From Vitrella brassicaformis CCMP3155 (Eukaryota > Protista > Chromerida): DNA of 64,000 bases. Each line of letters opens with the position of its first letter. The stretch's first letter is position 1. Shown here in pieces: positions 11,989 to 24,999 of the stretch. A program made the translations under genes and the position numbers. The DNA is taken from assembly GCA_001179505.1 (NCBI GenBank), contig CDMY01000488.1:186001-250000 (forward strand). The letters are read 5' to 3'. The notes beneath the pieces were generated by a model. The model was not told the DNA's origin. It saw nothing but the letters and a program-made list of their open reading frames with translations, and searched no databases.

Positions 11989-14900
11989 TCAACCCATATA
12001 CTGACAGGTCCCCATCACGCTTCTTGACACACAGCTGCCGCCGCAAGCGTCTCCTCTAGATGTAACAGCTGATCCATCAAGGCCCAGAAACCTGCATAGA
12101 TGAGCGATCCGAATGTTGCATGGCAGGAAGTAGTCTGTCTTACCAATCCTTCTTTCCCCTCCGAATAGCGTAATCAGCTCTCTCCTGACGATGTCTTCTG
12201 ACGCGGTCGGGCCGCCCCGATGAGACTTGGGCACGTCGCGCTTCCTCACTTGCCTCAGATAAGCCATGCCGAGGTCGAAAGTCTCTCTGCCAAGGCCGTC
12301 ACGACATCGTCTGCAGAGACACCAGGGGAGGCACTGGGTTGGTCAGGCTGGATGTCTTGTGGGGAGTGGACATGTCTCACCGTTTGAGCATTTGGATCTG
12401 TTTAGTAAGGAAACCGACTGCCTCTTCTTTTGGCGAGGGGACGGCTCTCTCCTCGCCATGAGACCTATGAGAGTCCAGCTGTCCCGCTGCTGTCGGCTCC
12501 GGCACCTTTGCAAGAGAGGCAACGGGCTTGTGCCTCTGTTTTGGCACGCTTCCGCCGGCCAGCCGATTGGCCGTCGCTTTGATCGCCCTTCCTCTCCCTG
12601 TTACAGCCGATGCAGCTGCAGCTGCCTGGTTGTCTGGTGTCTGAGGCTCGAAGGGATGGACTGACACAATTGGGCTCTCCTCCAAAAGGCGATCCCTCAG
12701 AAGGCCGCCCTTGGGAGAAGGAGGGCTGCAGCTGAAGGAGGGCTTCCTCCTTACTTCAGCTGCATTCCGTGTGCGCGTCTCCACCGCAGGCCTGGGCGGA
12801 CGCGAGCGAATGGGAGGCGGGGAGTGCTTCTCCTTTCTACCCTTGGCGCGCTCAACAGACGTCTCCCTGTCGCTTTGTCTCTCGTGCGAATCATCGACGC
12901 GTCTCGCCGGCTGCTTCCGCTCGCTAGCAGGGGGCAGGGGTGGGCGGGATCGGTCGTCCATTATTCGGGGTAAGGCCGCGGGCTGTATAGGGGCATTGCC
13001 GGCAAGGGGAAAGCGCAGAGTTTCCAGAGCCACCTCCTGCTTGTATATCTGCATCTTGCATCGATCGATCTCCCGCTTTAGGTGCGCCAGGTGACGCTTG
13101 GCTCCATCAGCCTTCAGAGCACGAACATCGACTTCTCCATCTGTAAGAAGCCAATGGAGTAAGCTGTCCCAGCAACGGATGCGTGCGTGACCGGCCGGCC
13201 GCGCATCTTGTATGGATACATACCTTCGGAGTCGCTCAGATCGGACACGCCTTCTTCCTCAGCGCCGCTGACTTCCCTCTCTGTCTCGTCTTCCTGGATC
13301 AGCCTTTCGATCTCCTGCTCCTCGTCCCGGTCCCACACATAGCCCCCGATCCTCCGACGGCCACCTACTGGCGGCAGGGCCAGGTCAGGAGGCGGTGACG
13401 GGCCACGAGAGGGGTGTTCAAAAGATGCATCCCGCTCCAGCGGCTGATGAGTCGGGAAGACGCCTTGCGTTGAGCTCAGAGAATGTGCAGCAGACACGCG
13501 GAGAGAAGCACGGCCGCTATTGGTCTTCCGGCCAATGAAGTGCTGCAACAACGCCAAATGCATCAATTCAATTCGTGTTAGAAGTGTCTTATCGCCTACA
13601 TATTTTCGTCTCGGTGATTTTGGCGAGTCCACGGCCTGGGATGGCTTGTCTGCCGTATCATCGGCTGCCCGTGAGCTGGATCTGGGGGCAGGTTTCGGAG
13701 ACGGCAGAGGGTCCTGCTGGGCTTCCCTTGTTCGCGGAGACTCTTTCCGCTGCTCTAGCTGGTCAATTGTTGCGCCGTTTTCTGGAATTGTGTCAAGCTG
13801 GCTGCTGCCATGATGGGGTGTAGACACGCCCATCGCCGACCTCATGGCGTCAGATGACCGATACCATGTGTGCCGAGACTTCTCTGAAACACCCTTGACA
13901 CCAGCCGAATTCACTCGGTCCGAAAGCGAGAATTTATGGTTCTTACGCGCTTGTATGCGAAGTAAGTTCTCCTCCCGTATTCGTTGGGCTTCCCTCTCAA
14001 ACTCCCGAGTGGCCTCCTCCTGCCGCCTCCGCCGCTCGGCCATCACCCTTTCCTTGTGAGACATAGCCGATGGTGGCTCACTGGCCTCCCTTGCAGACAG
14101 AGGCGGAGTGCTTTCGTCAGCTGTGCTGTCACGCGCCGAGAGGGGGGGCGAGGAGGGGCTGGAACGGACGTCTGGCGGAGTGCGGCGCTGGGGAAGCCTG
14201 CAATACGATACGAAGGAGGCACGGGCAATGCATACATAAGAAGAGGTCACTTGTCTGGCGGGAGCAGGTCTTGGCTCCTCATCCTCTGCAACTCCACGAA
14301 AGCCTCGCTCAGTTCCGCCACCCTCCTGCAAGGAATGAACAGGGATTGGTGGAGCAGCCGCCTCCGTGCACGAATGCCTCTCTGTCTCGTGTGTTGTGCA
14401 GAGCACAGGGACACCTTTCTGTCTCTTCGATCTCCTGGTGGACAGCGCGAAGATTCTCATTGGCCTTCTGAAAACAGTAATATCATCGCGTTTTGTTGTA
14501 TTTTCGCCACCTGACCTATCTGACTCCCTCACCTGTATCTCGTCGTCTTCTTCTATACCAACACTGTCAGGGATCCTCTCGCCTGATTTGGTCTTCTTCT
14601 CAGCCTCCCTCACATCGCCGTCCCTGCCTCTCAGCCGACCGATCCGCGGACTCACTGTCACGCTCTTGCTGCCGGCCTTCGGTTTGCCAGGCGATTTGCT
14701 TTGATCCGACCGTCCTCGTTCAGCCGGTTCAGCAATCTTCTTGCGATCGACCCTCAGAGATTTGTGTTCAGGGGGGAGCGGCGGATGTGAGGGCGCTGCC
14801 TGGATGCGCTTCTCGCCGGACAGGGACGCTTTGATGCCGTAGCGTCGCTTGAGCTTGATAGCTGTGTCTTCAAGTTGCCTGAGGTACTCCTGGGTATGCC

Positions 14901-16491
14901 CTCTCTTCTGCTCTATCTGATGAGAGACGCAGAGATATGCTGCATCTACTATGCTGCCAAATGTGCTACACGAGCTACGTACCTTCTGAATCTGTAGGCG
15001 TCTCTTCCTGGCCATCTCTTCACTGATGGGCGGCATGTGTGTCTGCAGCGAGCGATGTGGAGCCTCAACGAGGAGGCTGGCCAGGCCCAGGCGATCGAGC
15101 TGCTCGAACAGGGCCATTTGCGCGAGAGCGGCGATTTCTGGCAGACACGCGCTCACGACTGTCTGCCACAGACAGTAAAAGGGCAGGAAAACAGATGCAT
15201 CAATGAAAGGCTGGAGGCGGGAGATCGCATCAACGTGTCTCACCCTGACAACCGACGGGATTCGTTTTCTTATGAAGGGGATGTGGAAGATCTCACGCAG
15301 AGTTGGACGATGATTCGCATTTGTGCAGAGAAGCGCCGAAACCAACTGTCTGAAGACCAAAGACAGAACATTTAGAAGGAGATGAATATAAGATGACTAC
15401 ATCACCGTGGCGCATCACTGACTTCATTTCTTCGCTCGTGGATGCCGGAAGCGGCTCGAATTTCCCCTTGAGAATCTTGAAGGCGAGACCGTTGATCGAT
15501 TGAGCGTCAAAGGCGTGCTTGAAGGTCAGCATCTCAAAAAGGATGCATCCCAGCGCCCACACATCGCTCTTGAAATCATACGGACGATTCTTGAATAGCT
15601 CGGGACTCATGTCTAATATCCACAGCAGCCAATCGCAGTCTATGCGGCAAAACCGGTGTGCATGCGTCGTTACAGTAGCTCACAATAAGGCGTGCCGATT
15701 TGGGTCATGGCCAGGTCTCGCGTCGAGTCAAGGACTTTGGCAATCCCGAAGTCGCCAATTTTCAAAGCAAAGTTCCCCGCGGAATCATCGTCCGGCCTCT
15801 TGCTGCCCCGCCCCGCAAGAAAAATGTTCTGCAGGGAAATACGTAGCGGGCAGCGTTTGTGGTTGGTTTGTTCATGGGTGAATGCACCTGTGTCTTGAGG
15901 TCTCTGTGGAGTATCCGTCTCTCGTGAAGAAAATGAAGGGCCAAAACCACCTGGATGAACCACTCGACCACCTTAGTCTCAGAGTAGGTACCTGTACGAG
16001 AGGGGGAGACACGACAAAATACATCGGCAACAAAGGCATCGATATGTCAGCCACGTGCAGCCTTACCCTTGTTCTTGGCTTCTCTCCTCTTGAGCAAAGT
16101 GTAGAGATCCCCATGCTCGCAGTACTCCATGACGATGCAGAGGACCAGGTCTTCCCTCGGCGGCAAATCGCTCTTCATGCCTCCCTCGCCGCCAAGGTCG
16201 TCACCGGTATCGAGCATTATGAACGATTCTTTGTAGCCGACAATGTTGGGATGTCTGAGGTTGGACAGCAAGCGCACCTCCATCTCTGTGCTTTCCTGCT
16301 CCTTCTCGTCCATCATCTGGAGCCGAATCTTCTTGAGCACGTACAGCTGCTTCTCCTTCTTGTGCCTGCGAGTACAGCACACAAATGGATGTGCACGACC
16401 ATGCACACACACGCACTCACTGGCACAGGAAGACTTGGCCAAAGGAGCCGCCGCCGATGGGGCGGATGATGCTGTACGGCGTCGCATTCAT
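11989..16491 (-). CDS. NIMA-related (NEK1/3/5-like) Ser/Thr kinase with coiled-coil and long disordered tail
   Basis: MNATPYSIIRPIGGGSFGQVFLC, YVLKKIRL, HPNIVGYKESF, HRDLKTQNIFL, LKIGDFGIAKVL, MSPELFKNRPYDFKSDVWALGCILFEM. The 3' end is approximate. Confidence 0.92.
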
Positions 16492-17146
16492 TGGTCGTGA
16501 CCGAAGGCATATGCCCCCCGTCCTGCCCCCCACGAGTGCTGGTTTCCCTCTCTCCCAATTGCTTCCTCCCCGATGAATTCGTACATTTTCGTCCGCAGTA
16601 TCGGCTCGGGCAGCCACGGCAAGGTGTTCCTAGTAAAGCATCATGCCACGGAGAAGCTCTACGTCCTGAAGACCATCGCCCTTGTTGACCACTGCACCTC
16701 CCTCGAGGACGTTCAGCAGGAGGCCCGTGTGCTGGAAACGCTGAAACATCCGTTCATTGTTCAGTTCAGAGAGTCCTTCATATCTTCCTCCAACGGCAAA
16801 GGAGAGCCTGACTGCGACACCGAGTCCAACACAGGATCTGACTTCTCAAATGTTGCTCCATCTGCAAAGAAGAAGCTGTGCATCGTGATGGAACACTGTA
16901 GTGGCGGTGAGCTGCTGGCCGAGTCATGATCAGCAACGCCCTGGATGCATTTCTTACTTCCGTTTCTGCAGGTGATCTGTCGAGTGCCCTGAGGAAGCAT
17001 GGCTGCAATGGGAAGAGTTGGGGGGCGGGCAAGGGGGCTGAGTATCCCAGGGAATCTGCAGTCATCGAGTGGTTCATCCAGGTGGTGTTGGCCCTTCATT
17101 TCCTTCACGAGAGACGGATACTCCACAGAGACCTCAAGACACAGGT
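15886..17146. repeat. 82-bp inverted repeat (15886-15967 / 17065-17146), 80 of 82 identical, within the two NEK catalytic-loop exons
   Basis: Direct comparison: two mismatches, both synonymous (GTG/GTT and TTC/TTT). Confidence 0.95.
16492..16572. promoter_or_regulatory. 81-bp interval between the two NEK start codons; candidate bidirectional promoter
   Basis: Minus-strand ATG at 16491 and plus-strand ATG at 16573. The promoter role is inferred from geometry only. Confidence 0.5.
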
Positions 17147-19649
17147 AAACCAGCGCTGCACGCAACGATAGCGGGGACTTCCTGTGTCTTCCCTGCAGAA
17201 TATTTTTCTGGCGTCTGTCCGAAACAAGGACTCATGGACGCTGAAGCTTGGCGACTTTGGTAACCGACGCCTCCCTCACTCCCTCACTCCCTCACTCCCT
17301 CACTTTGCACGTGCAGGAATCGTCAAGGTGCTCGAGAACACGGAGGCCATGGCAAACACTCAGGTCTCTGAATTTGGAGGGGAGGGAAGTGTACAGAGGG
17401 AGACATGGATGTCCGTCTCGTGTCATTGTGCAGATCGGGACACCCTATTGTAGGCTGCACCACTGGGCTTCCAAGCAGAGCCATATGTCACGTCACATCT
17501 GTCATCTGTCATGTAGACATGAGCCCCGAGTTGATATCAAGCCTCCCGTACACGTACCAGAGTGATGTTTGGGCGCTTGGGTAAGCTCTGACAATGCTTT
17601 GGAGGCCAATCGGGGGAGATTCTTTATTGTGTGGATTCTGCGCGCAGGTGTATTTTGCACGAGATGCTGAGCTGCAAGCACGCATTTCAGGCAGACAACT
17701 TCCCACTCTTGGCTATCCGGATCAAGGGCAGCTTCCAGCCCCTGCCAAGCACATGCAGCTATGAAATGAAGTGAGGGACTCACCAGCACGCAGAGACAGA
17801 ACTTGTTGTGATGTGCCTTTTGCTCGTGGTGTGTGTGTGAAAAACTGGCAGGTCTCTTGTAGCACGTATGCTGTCCGTCGAGGCTGGCGACAGGCCTTCT
17901 CTTCGCGACATTCTGCACCTGCCATTCATCAAACGACGCATCGGCGGTGTGCTCAAAGTGCGGGAGGGAGAAGGCATGTCAGCATTTCATTTCCTCATCC
18001 CTTCACAAGTGCATTGTCTTTCTTCATCAGTCGACTCTTTGTAGCAGCCGTGACGTAGACGTTTCCCTTTGCGAAGTAGTCATCGACCAGCTGCATAGTC
18101 TCGGGTTGAAGAGCTGCACCAAGGAGCTGCGCGCAATGCTGACCCAGATGGATGCCGACAGGCAAGAACAGGTCAGCTGACTCGGCCCTCACAGGCACCG
18201 TCTTTGTCCCATTGTTTCCGCTTTTGTGCAGCTCGGTGGCAGAGCACTAAGGAAGATGCAAAACGAGTTGCTGAAGATGGAGAGGGAAGCCTCGGCAATG
18301 AAAAAGCGATACGGCGTGCGCGGCTCCCTCTACCTCCGACGCCTCGACGGCTCCTTCGCGGATGAGAACGATGCAAGTCCGGTGACCTACATGATGTCCG
18401 ATGGCGAGGAGTACACGCAGCAGGCACCGCGCAGCCGGCGGCTGTCGGCAAGAAGGCAAGAATCGCTGCCTCCGAACAGCAAGTCGATGCGCGAGCAGCT
18501 GCTCGAAAGGAAGAGAAGACGGAAGGTGAGACCTGCCATACTCGGATGAATCTGCAACGTGTCTCCATGTGTGTCGCAGGAAGAGGAAATCAGGAAATAC
18601 GACGAGGAGGCGGAAAAGATTCGGCAACAGAATAGGCTCCACACATGCAAACGTAACAAACCACACATGAGAAAGGGAGACACCACCACCCCACACATGC
18701 CGATTTGGTCTTTGTGTGGACAGAACCAGACCCTTACAGGGTGTCTCGTGCCATGTACAATGCCCTATCACAAGGCCAGACACCCAGGGATTCGCAACCG
18801 GAGATGCTGCCTCAAGGGAAGAGGGCGTCCAAGGCGGGCATTCGCGTGCCATTCATATCGGAGAAGGACGAAATGCTGGAGAGGGTCTACGGAGGCGGAA
18901 AGAACTCGCCACGAGCCGCTCATCGGCTGCGAGCACCAGGCATGAGTGCGCGACTCGTATCAACAGAGGACACATAAATGTGTGCTTGTTGTCTGCCCTG
19001 CCTTTGGGGGGGTGTTGCAGTTGGCAGTGCTTCCGCTGACTCATTGCTGCCCGACATCGTCCCTACGGCACCTGCACGGAGGAGAGGCGGACCGTCGGCC
19101 GCGAGGAAACGCGGAAGCAAAGGCAGCAAAGAGGGAGACGATGACATCGCATGGAAGTCCCTCTCTGACGGCGAGAACACGCTGCCAGACATTGTCTTCG
19201 GCGACAGGCAGATCTCTCCCGCAAGAAAGAAGAGTCGGAGGGACTCTGCCAAGACATACCAGGACAGAAGAGACTCATCCAGGTGGGCACTGATGCATGC
19301 CAAACTGGTCAGCTGATTCCCTGCCTATGTGTGTGCAGGGAGAAGGGTGAGCGGACGAGAATGCCGCGGGATATTAAGAGCGGTGGGCGGCGAAAGGACG
19401 ACTACTTTACCACTTCCAGCACTCGATACACGCCGTCGCCATCGATGGAGGAGGGCACGCAAGAGGTCCAGATCATATCTCCACGCCACAACATCCATTC
19501 GAGAGCCTGGAGCCGCCTGTCAAACGCACACCACGCGCAGCGTCAGAGAAGAGGAAGGTGGACCCAGACAGACAGACAGACAGACAGACAGCCGTGATAA
19601 GGGGACAGCCGATGTTTCGTGTGTCTGTGATGTGATTTGTGCAGAATAG
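16573..19649 (+). CDS. NIMA-related (NEK) Ser/Thr kinase, divergent paralog of the adjacent minus-strand NEK
   Basis: MNSYIFVRSIGSGSHGKVFLVK, YVLKTI, HPFIVQFRESF, HRDLKTQNIFL, LKLGDFG, GTPY, MSPELISSLPYTYQSDVWALG. The 3' end is approximate. Confidence 0.9.
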
Positions 19650-19916
19650 AGTGAATGCGATGGAGTGAATCAATGGGACGCTGTGTGTGTCGATAGACAC
19701 ACACGCGCTGCTGTCGATCTCCTGTCTGCCTGTTGCTTCATTCATCGTCCACGCCTTGGTTCAAGCACATTTATAGAGAATAGACATTTATGTGCACAGA
19801 TCGATGCATCGACTGATCATGACTGACCTGTACACACATGCATGTGTATACATACACCGATCCGACAAGCAAGCAGGCAGCAACTGAGTGATTCATCAAT
19901 GACTGATCGATCGATC

Positions 19917-21155
19917 ATGTGGCCTCCACGTGTTGCGCTGAGTGTGCTGTTGGTCTCTCTGCACCTTGCCTATGTGTGTGTCGACGGCATGGTGCCACTG
20001 CCTGCCATTGATCCCGCAGAGAACGCCATGAATGCCAATGCCCAGGCAGAAATGCAGACAGAGGCACTCAGCCTGCCCGGACCGATGCCGCGCGCAGTGC
20101 CATCAGCACCTGGTTGGTCAAGAGACAGACAGACGGAGACACACACGTGTGGCGTATGTCATGTGTATGGACAGACATGTTGATGAAGGCCATCAGTGAA
20201 GAGGCGCCGCCCGCCAATGTGGCCATCGCAGACAGCATCACAAGCGGCGTCGCCACCCCATTCGACCCAGTACGTCAGTCAGCCAGCCAGAAGGAGACAC
20301 GCATCACGTCTGCCCGTGTCTCTGACTCTCTCTGTCTCTGCATCGATCCATCCATCCATCCATCAGTCGTTGTTGCTGCGTGTGGATGCGTGTGAGCGTG
20401 ACTACGACAGCTCCCCGTGCCCCCTCTTATTCGACGACATCAGCCCACCAGCGTCGGCCGACTATCACCTCTGCCAGGCCTCCACTGAGTACGGCGGGCC
20501 GTGCAGCGACACCGCCGCCAACTTCTCCGCACACATGAGCCGAGCCGCCAAGATCAAATGGTTGACAGACTGCGTGGCGGTTTGGCCGTGCAGACACTGC
20601 ACAAGGGACTTCACAGTGCAAGTAATGCACTCGCCAAGCAGTCACTCCGTGCACGTCATTACGTGTCTCTGTCCCCATTACATGTCTGTCTGTCCGTCAG
20701 TGTCCGAGTGGTTGGGTGGCCGTCGAGGGTTCGCACACCGCATGTGAGCCGCCCGCAAACTACACGGGCAGCTGCAGGTAAGGCGGCTGTCTCTCTGTCG
20801 TTTATGCACCCATGGATAAATGGATGGATGTCTCCCTATGTGTCTGTCAGGTTTGTTGTGGACTTCACCGGTTTCAACGCGGCCCTCTACACAAAATGGA
20901 GCGGAGAATGCGTAAGCCACTTGTGCACTCAACCACAAGTGGACACATGTGGTGTGTCTCATGTGGTCGGCAGAATGCGTACTTCCCGTGTGTCGTGGCC
21001 TCGCCCGCCGACACGCTTATCGCACGCCCCAACCCAATCAGCAGAGTCAGAAATGAGACACACAGTCACTGACAGACACACATGATGTTTGGCCATATCT
21101 GTTTGCGTGTTAGGTTGCGACGCTCGCGAGGATGAAGGCCGGCCGGCAGTGGTGA
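19917..21155 (+). CDS. CPW-WPC family secreted protein with two CPW-WPC domains
   Basis: Signal peptide MWPPRVALSVLLVSLHLAYVCVDG. Domain 1: CERDYDSSPCPLLF...CQASTEYGGPC...F...K..W...CVAVWPC. Domain 2 after splicing: CTRDFTVQCPSGWVAVEGSHTACEPPANYTGSC.FVVDFTGFNAALYTKWSGECNAYFPC. Terminal exon VATLARMKAGRQW*, with its frame conserved in the second copy. Confidence 0.85.
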
Positions 21156-21309
21156 TGGATGGGCAGACGAATGGACACAGCAACAGACATACAGATGCAT
21201 GCACCCGTGACACATCATAGATAGATAAGATGAATGCATGAAGCAGGACAGAAATGGCGTGATGTTCTGCTTCTTGTGCTGGGGACTCGTCTGGTGCCCT
21301 CCTTGACAT

Positions 21310-21410
21310 GACGATCTCGGCTTTGCAGCATCACCCTCAGAGGGTGCCTTAGGCCTTTTGCCAGCTTGCCTCTCCCCCGCCTCTGCGAGCTTGGCGGGCA
21401 GATTCTTCTG
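21310..21410 (-). pseudogene. Relic of the first codons of a BTB-TLDc-family gene (KRxKAxxEGDAA motif)
   Basis: Reverse complement ggcaaaaggcctaaggcaccctctgagggtgatgctgc resembles the start of the 6171 gene (aagaagcgcaaggcagagggcgacgctgcc). A counterpart lies at 55780-55830. Confidence 0.45.
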
Positions 21411-21479
21411 TGTAACTCATTTGACGTCAGGGCGTCAACGAGGTGTGAAACGGCAGCACGTCAATTGTAAACACCGTGA

Positions 21480-24400
21480 GAGAAGCTGAGGCCCCCTGTA
21501 GAGATCTCCTTGATGAACAGCAGCGACAGCAGCAACGACATGTACAGCCAGGCGCTCCCGACAGGTGACGACGCCAGCAGCACTCGACCAATCCACGTGT
21601 ACCTTTTTGCCTTTGCTGTTCGTGTCTGCAGGCGGGCAGAGCGGGGCGTCGGATGGCAGCAGCTTGTGTGGCGCCATAGATCAGATCCACTCGGTGAGAG
21701 GAGAGTTCTTAAGGAGGAACAAGTGCTGCTGCACCGCTTGTTGGCTCTGCTGTGCAGGTCACCTCTCAGATGGCGGCGAGTACTGAGGCGGCGAAGCGCA
21801 AGATGCCAAACTCACTAAGAAATACAGAGGTTTACAGATAAACCACGGAGATGCCACATACACGTGCATTTTGTGCTCGCAGGGCTGTGCATCGTCGACT
21901 GGCCGGTTGGGTGATCTGCTCCAGACTCTCAACGACGCCCAGTCCACCCTCGGCAACGAGCTAGCGCAGCTGCCAACTGTAAGGCTGGATGGACTTGACA
22001 AGTGAATGCCTCATGCCAAGTTGATATGTGCGTGTATGGATGTCAGCGCAAGGAGGGCGACGGCAAGAAGTTTCGGTGGCTGTACAATGTGAAGGACCCC
22101 TCAGGGGTGTCTGGGAGCTCGGATGGGACCGACAAGGCAACACACGACAGCAAGGCGGTATGCACGAACCTACTCGCACACAGTGTTCAGATGTCAACAC
22201 ACGCATCAATGTTCAGGTGTCAACTGGTGATGGAAAGCGCTCACGAGTGGCCACCAGCCCGGACGCTGCTGGTGGGGTTAGTACTGCAGCGCCAAACGTA
22301 GCGCCAAAGGTCAGACACGCACACTCACACACAGCCACAGACACAGACACACATACATACACACAACCACCTGCATTGCGTGCTTGCCGTATCGTTACGG
22401 TCCATTTTGTGTGTGTCAGTATTACGGCCGTCTGTGTCTTCCTGGTCTGCCCGAGGGCGTTATGGGCGACATGGGCCCGTTCCTCACCACCAGGAACGCT
22501 GCTCGTCTCTCGTGCGTCAACAAGGAAACCCACCAGAAGGCCACCGACGACACTCTCGGCGTCTACCGCAACTTCACGGTCACGGCGGACGAAAGCAGCG
22601 ACTACAAAAAGATACAGAAGCTGGAAGAGGTCAAGCACCTGGTGAGAGAGCTGGCGTGGGGTGTATCTGACGTGCGGCGGTATGGACGCTAATGTGTGTT
22701 CGCAGAGCAAGATCCGCACGGCCTGCGTCGAGACGGATGGAGTTCTGCCGTCAGTGAGCGAGTGCCTTGAGGCGTCCAGAGCGACACTGACGCGGCTGCA
22801 CGTGTCGTCGATGTGTGACGCCTACAATTACGACGTGCGCGCGCCGGCGGTTTCCATCGAGTTTTGCAACCTCCGAGAGCTCAACATCGATGGAAACAAC
22901 TGGCTCGAATACATCAGGTATGTGGATGTGCACCCAGGGAGAAAGGGATACATCATGTCTGCAACAGGCTATCAGTCTCTTTTGTTGCTGTGCCTGTCTG
23001 CAGCGACCGTCGCTGGGCGTTTCCTTCCCTTAGCGACGGGCGTTTCCTTCCCTTACGAGCCTTCAAGTGAGCACCCGCCTTGAAGATGCGGGCGGCATCG
23101 TGCCCCTCCTCAAAGCATCGCCGAAGATTGAGCGACTGCAGTTGGAGGGCTACTTCCTCGGCGCCGATCTCGTCGGTGTCCTCGACGGCTGCCCCTGCAT
23201 CACCACTATCACCGGCCTGACAATCTCCCTCAACCACGAAAATGAAGACAATGAATCCCCAGGTGAAATTCTTTTTGACCTGGTCTTTGGTGAGGACACA
23301 CCTCGTCCGCAGCGCGGCAGCCTCAGTGACCTCAAGAAAGCGCTCAACCAACAGTGGAGCAAACCAGCGCGCAAAGGTGACCGACACGAGCACCTCATTC
23401 AATCATCGGGGCGGATGGCTTCCATTTCTCGATCTGCGTCGCTTTGTCAGATGCGCCCAAGAAGCTGGGACTCGTCTTGCTCGACCCGCGAATCGGCGCG
23501 GGTGGCGTGCAGGACGCGGCCGCCATAGCCAGCTTCAGCGAGTGGGCGGCAGACGTCAACTGTGAGCTCGAGTGGCGGGCACATGGCGGGTCGCTGACGG
23601 TGAACTGCAGCAGTAGCAATGCCACTGCCCACCCTGCGCCCGACGGCCACCTCTACGGCGAGATCGCAAGGCAGCTGGCGGCAAAGGCGACAGATGTAAG
23701 GACAGGGCGGACAAAAGGGGAGAGCAGCACCAAACATGGAACCATGTGAATCCCTACCTGTGTGCCAGGTCACGTTGGTACTCGGTGGCACCGCGCCGCT
23801 CCTCCAGTCGTGGTGGGACAAGCTCATCTTCCCCTGCGCCAAGAAGCTCATCCTTTGTCCCACACAGCAAGGTGCGTCAGGACCTTTTGTGGACAGCATC
23901 CCCGAGTGGCTGACGGAGAGGGACGGCGAGGGAGAGACCGCAGCCAGCAGATGCTTCCCGGCTGTCGACAGCTTGGAGGTGTCATTCGACACGCTCTCGC
24001 CGGCTGAACCTGCCCGTAGCCCCCAACAAGCTCAGCATGCTGCTGGCTGGGCTCTCGACTCTCAAGACAGTCAGTTTCTCTCCTCTGCCTAGCGTAGCTG
24101 CTCGCCTTGAGCTCCTGTCGTACCTGTCTGTGAGGCAGCTGGATAGGGTGCAAGGCACGAGGGATTTCGAGCTTCGTTCGAGAGACTGGCCTTTGCAGGC
24201 AGATCCGGACATGTGTCATATGGCGGCCCTCTGTCCGCGGATCCAGCACATGGCTGAGGAGAACTTGAACACGAAGGAGGGTGTGCAGGCGTTTTTGAGC
24301 CTTGTGTCGGCAGCCAGGCCAGTGAGTGTCAGTGTCAGCGCACGCCTGCATGACGACTCTTGGAATCTGCTAAACGATTACGTTCGCATGATGTGGGCTG

Positions 24401-24531
24401 CAAGTTGCCGGTCTTTCGTGTGGGAGTGCTACGAGGAAGTCAAAGAACTCTACACCATGACGGGGGGATCGTGTGAGCCCGACTTCCAACAAGTAGAGTA
24501 CGATCTCAGCATGGAGCTGAGGGCCAAGTGA
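21480..24531 (+). CDS. Multi-exon F-box-like / LRR-like lineage-specific protein
   Basis: F-box-like LPEGVMGDMGPFLTTRNAARLSCVNK, LRR-like SLRELNIDG and KIERLQLEG, and terminal exon ...VEYDLSMELRAK* (stop 24531). The start is uncertain. Confidence 0.65.
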
Positions 24532-24990
24532 TTACATGCATAGCTCCGTGGGCGAGTGGGGGACAGGTCAGCCGTGGGGGACATGCTGCTCTGGTCACAT
24601 GGATGCATCGATAGATCTATGGTGTGCCTCAAGTGACACGTCTGCCGAGTGTTTATCAAGCAGGTTTGTATACTGTTCTGCCTTGTGTCTGGCTCGCCCT
24701 GTGCTGTCCCGTGTTGGTCTTCACGACGTGTCTGCTGCTCCACCGAGAGAGAAACGAGACTGGGGCTTCTTCTTTCTGTGTGCATGTATGTGTTTTTGTG
24801 TATGCGGCTTGTACAGAGACATCAATGTGTGCAGGGCCCGTGTGAAAGTGCGTGGATGGGATGGGATGGGTGCTGTGCTGTGTGTGTACATATGATGGTA
24901 AGTCATCCATTGCTGACTGATTCAATTCAACAGGTGAGCGTCTGGTCTGCACTCTCTCATCCACACAGAGCCGTTTCATTTGCACCAACA
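24488..24990 (+). repeat. F-box gene last codons + 3' flank, repeated inverted at ~52010-52495
   Basis: caagtagagtacgatctcagcatggagctg...tacatgcatagctccgtgggcgagtggggg...gcactctctcatccacacagagcc matches the reverse complement of 52010-52495. Confidence 0.9.
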
Positions 24991-24999
24991 GACGTGAAA

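Noticed and set aside
13114-15360. 748-aa ORF as a standalone gene
   Set aside because: It is the tail of the minus-strand NEK read through several stop-free introns (visible GT...AG, low-complexity inserts).
20540-20900. WPCRHC looked like the CxxC of an Erv1/ALR sulfhydryl oxidase
   Set aside because: The FAD-binding helix-1 W/H motif is absent, and after splicing the Cys pattern is two CPW-WPC domains. The CxxC is simply the junction between them.
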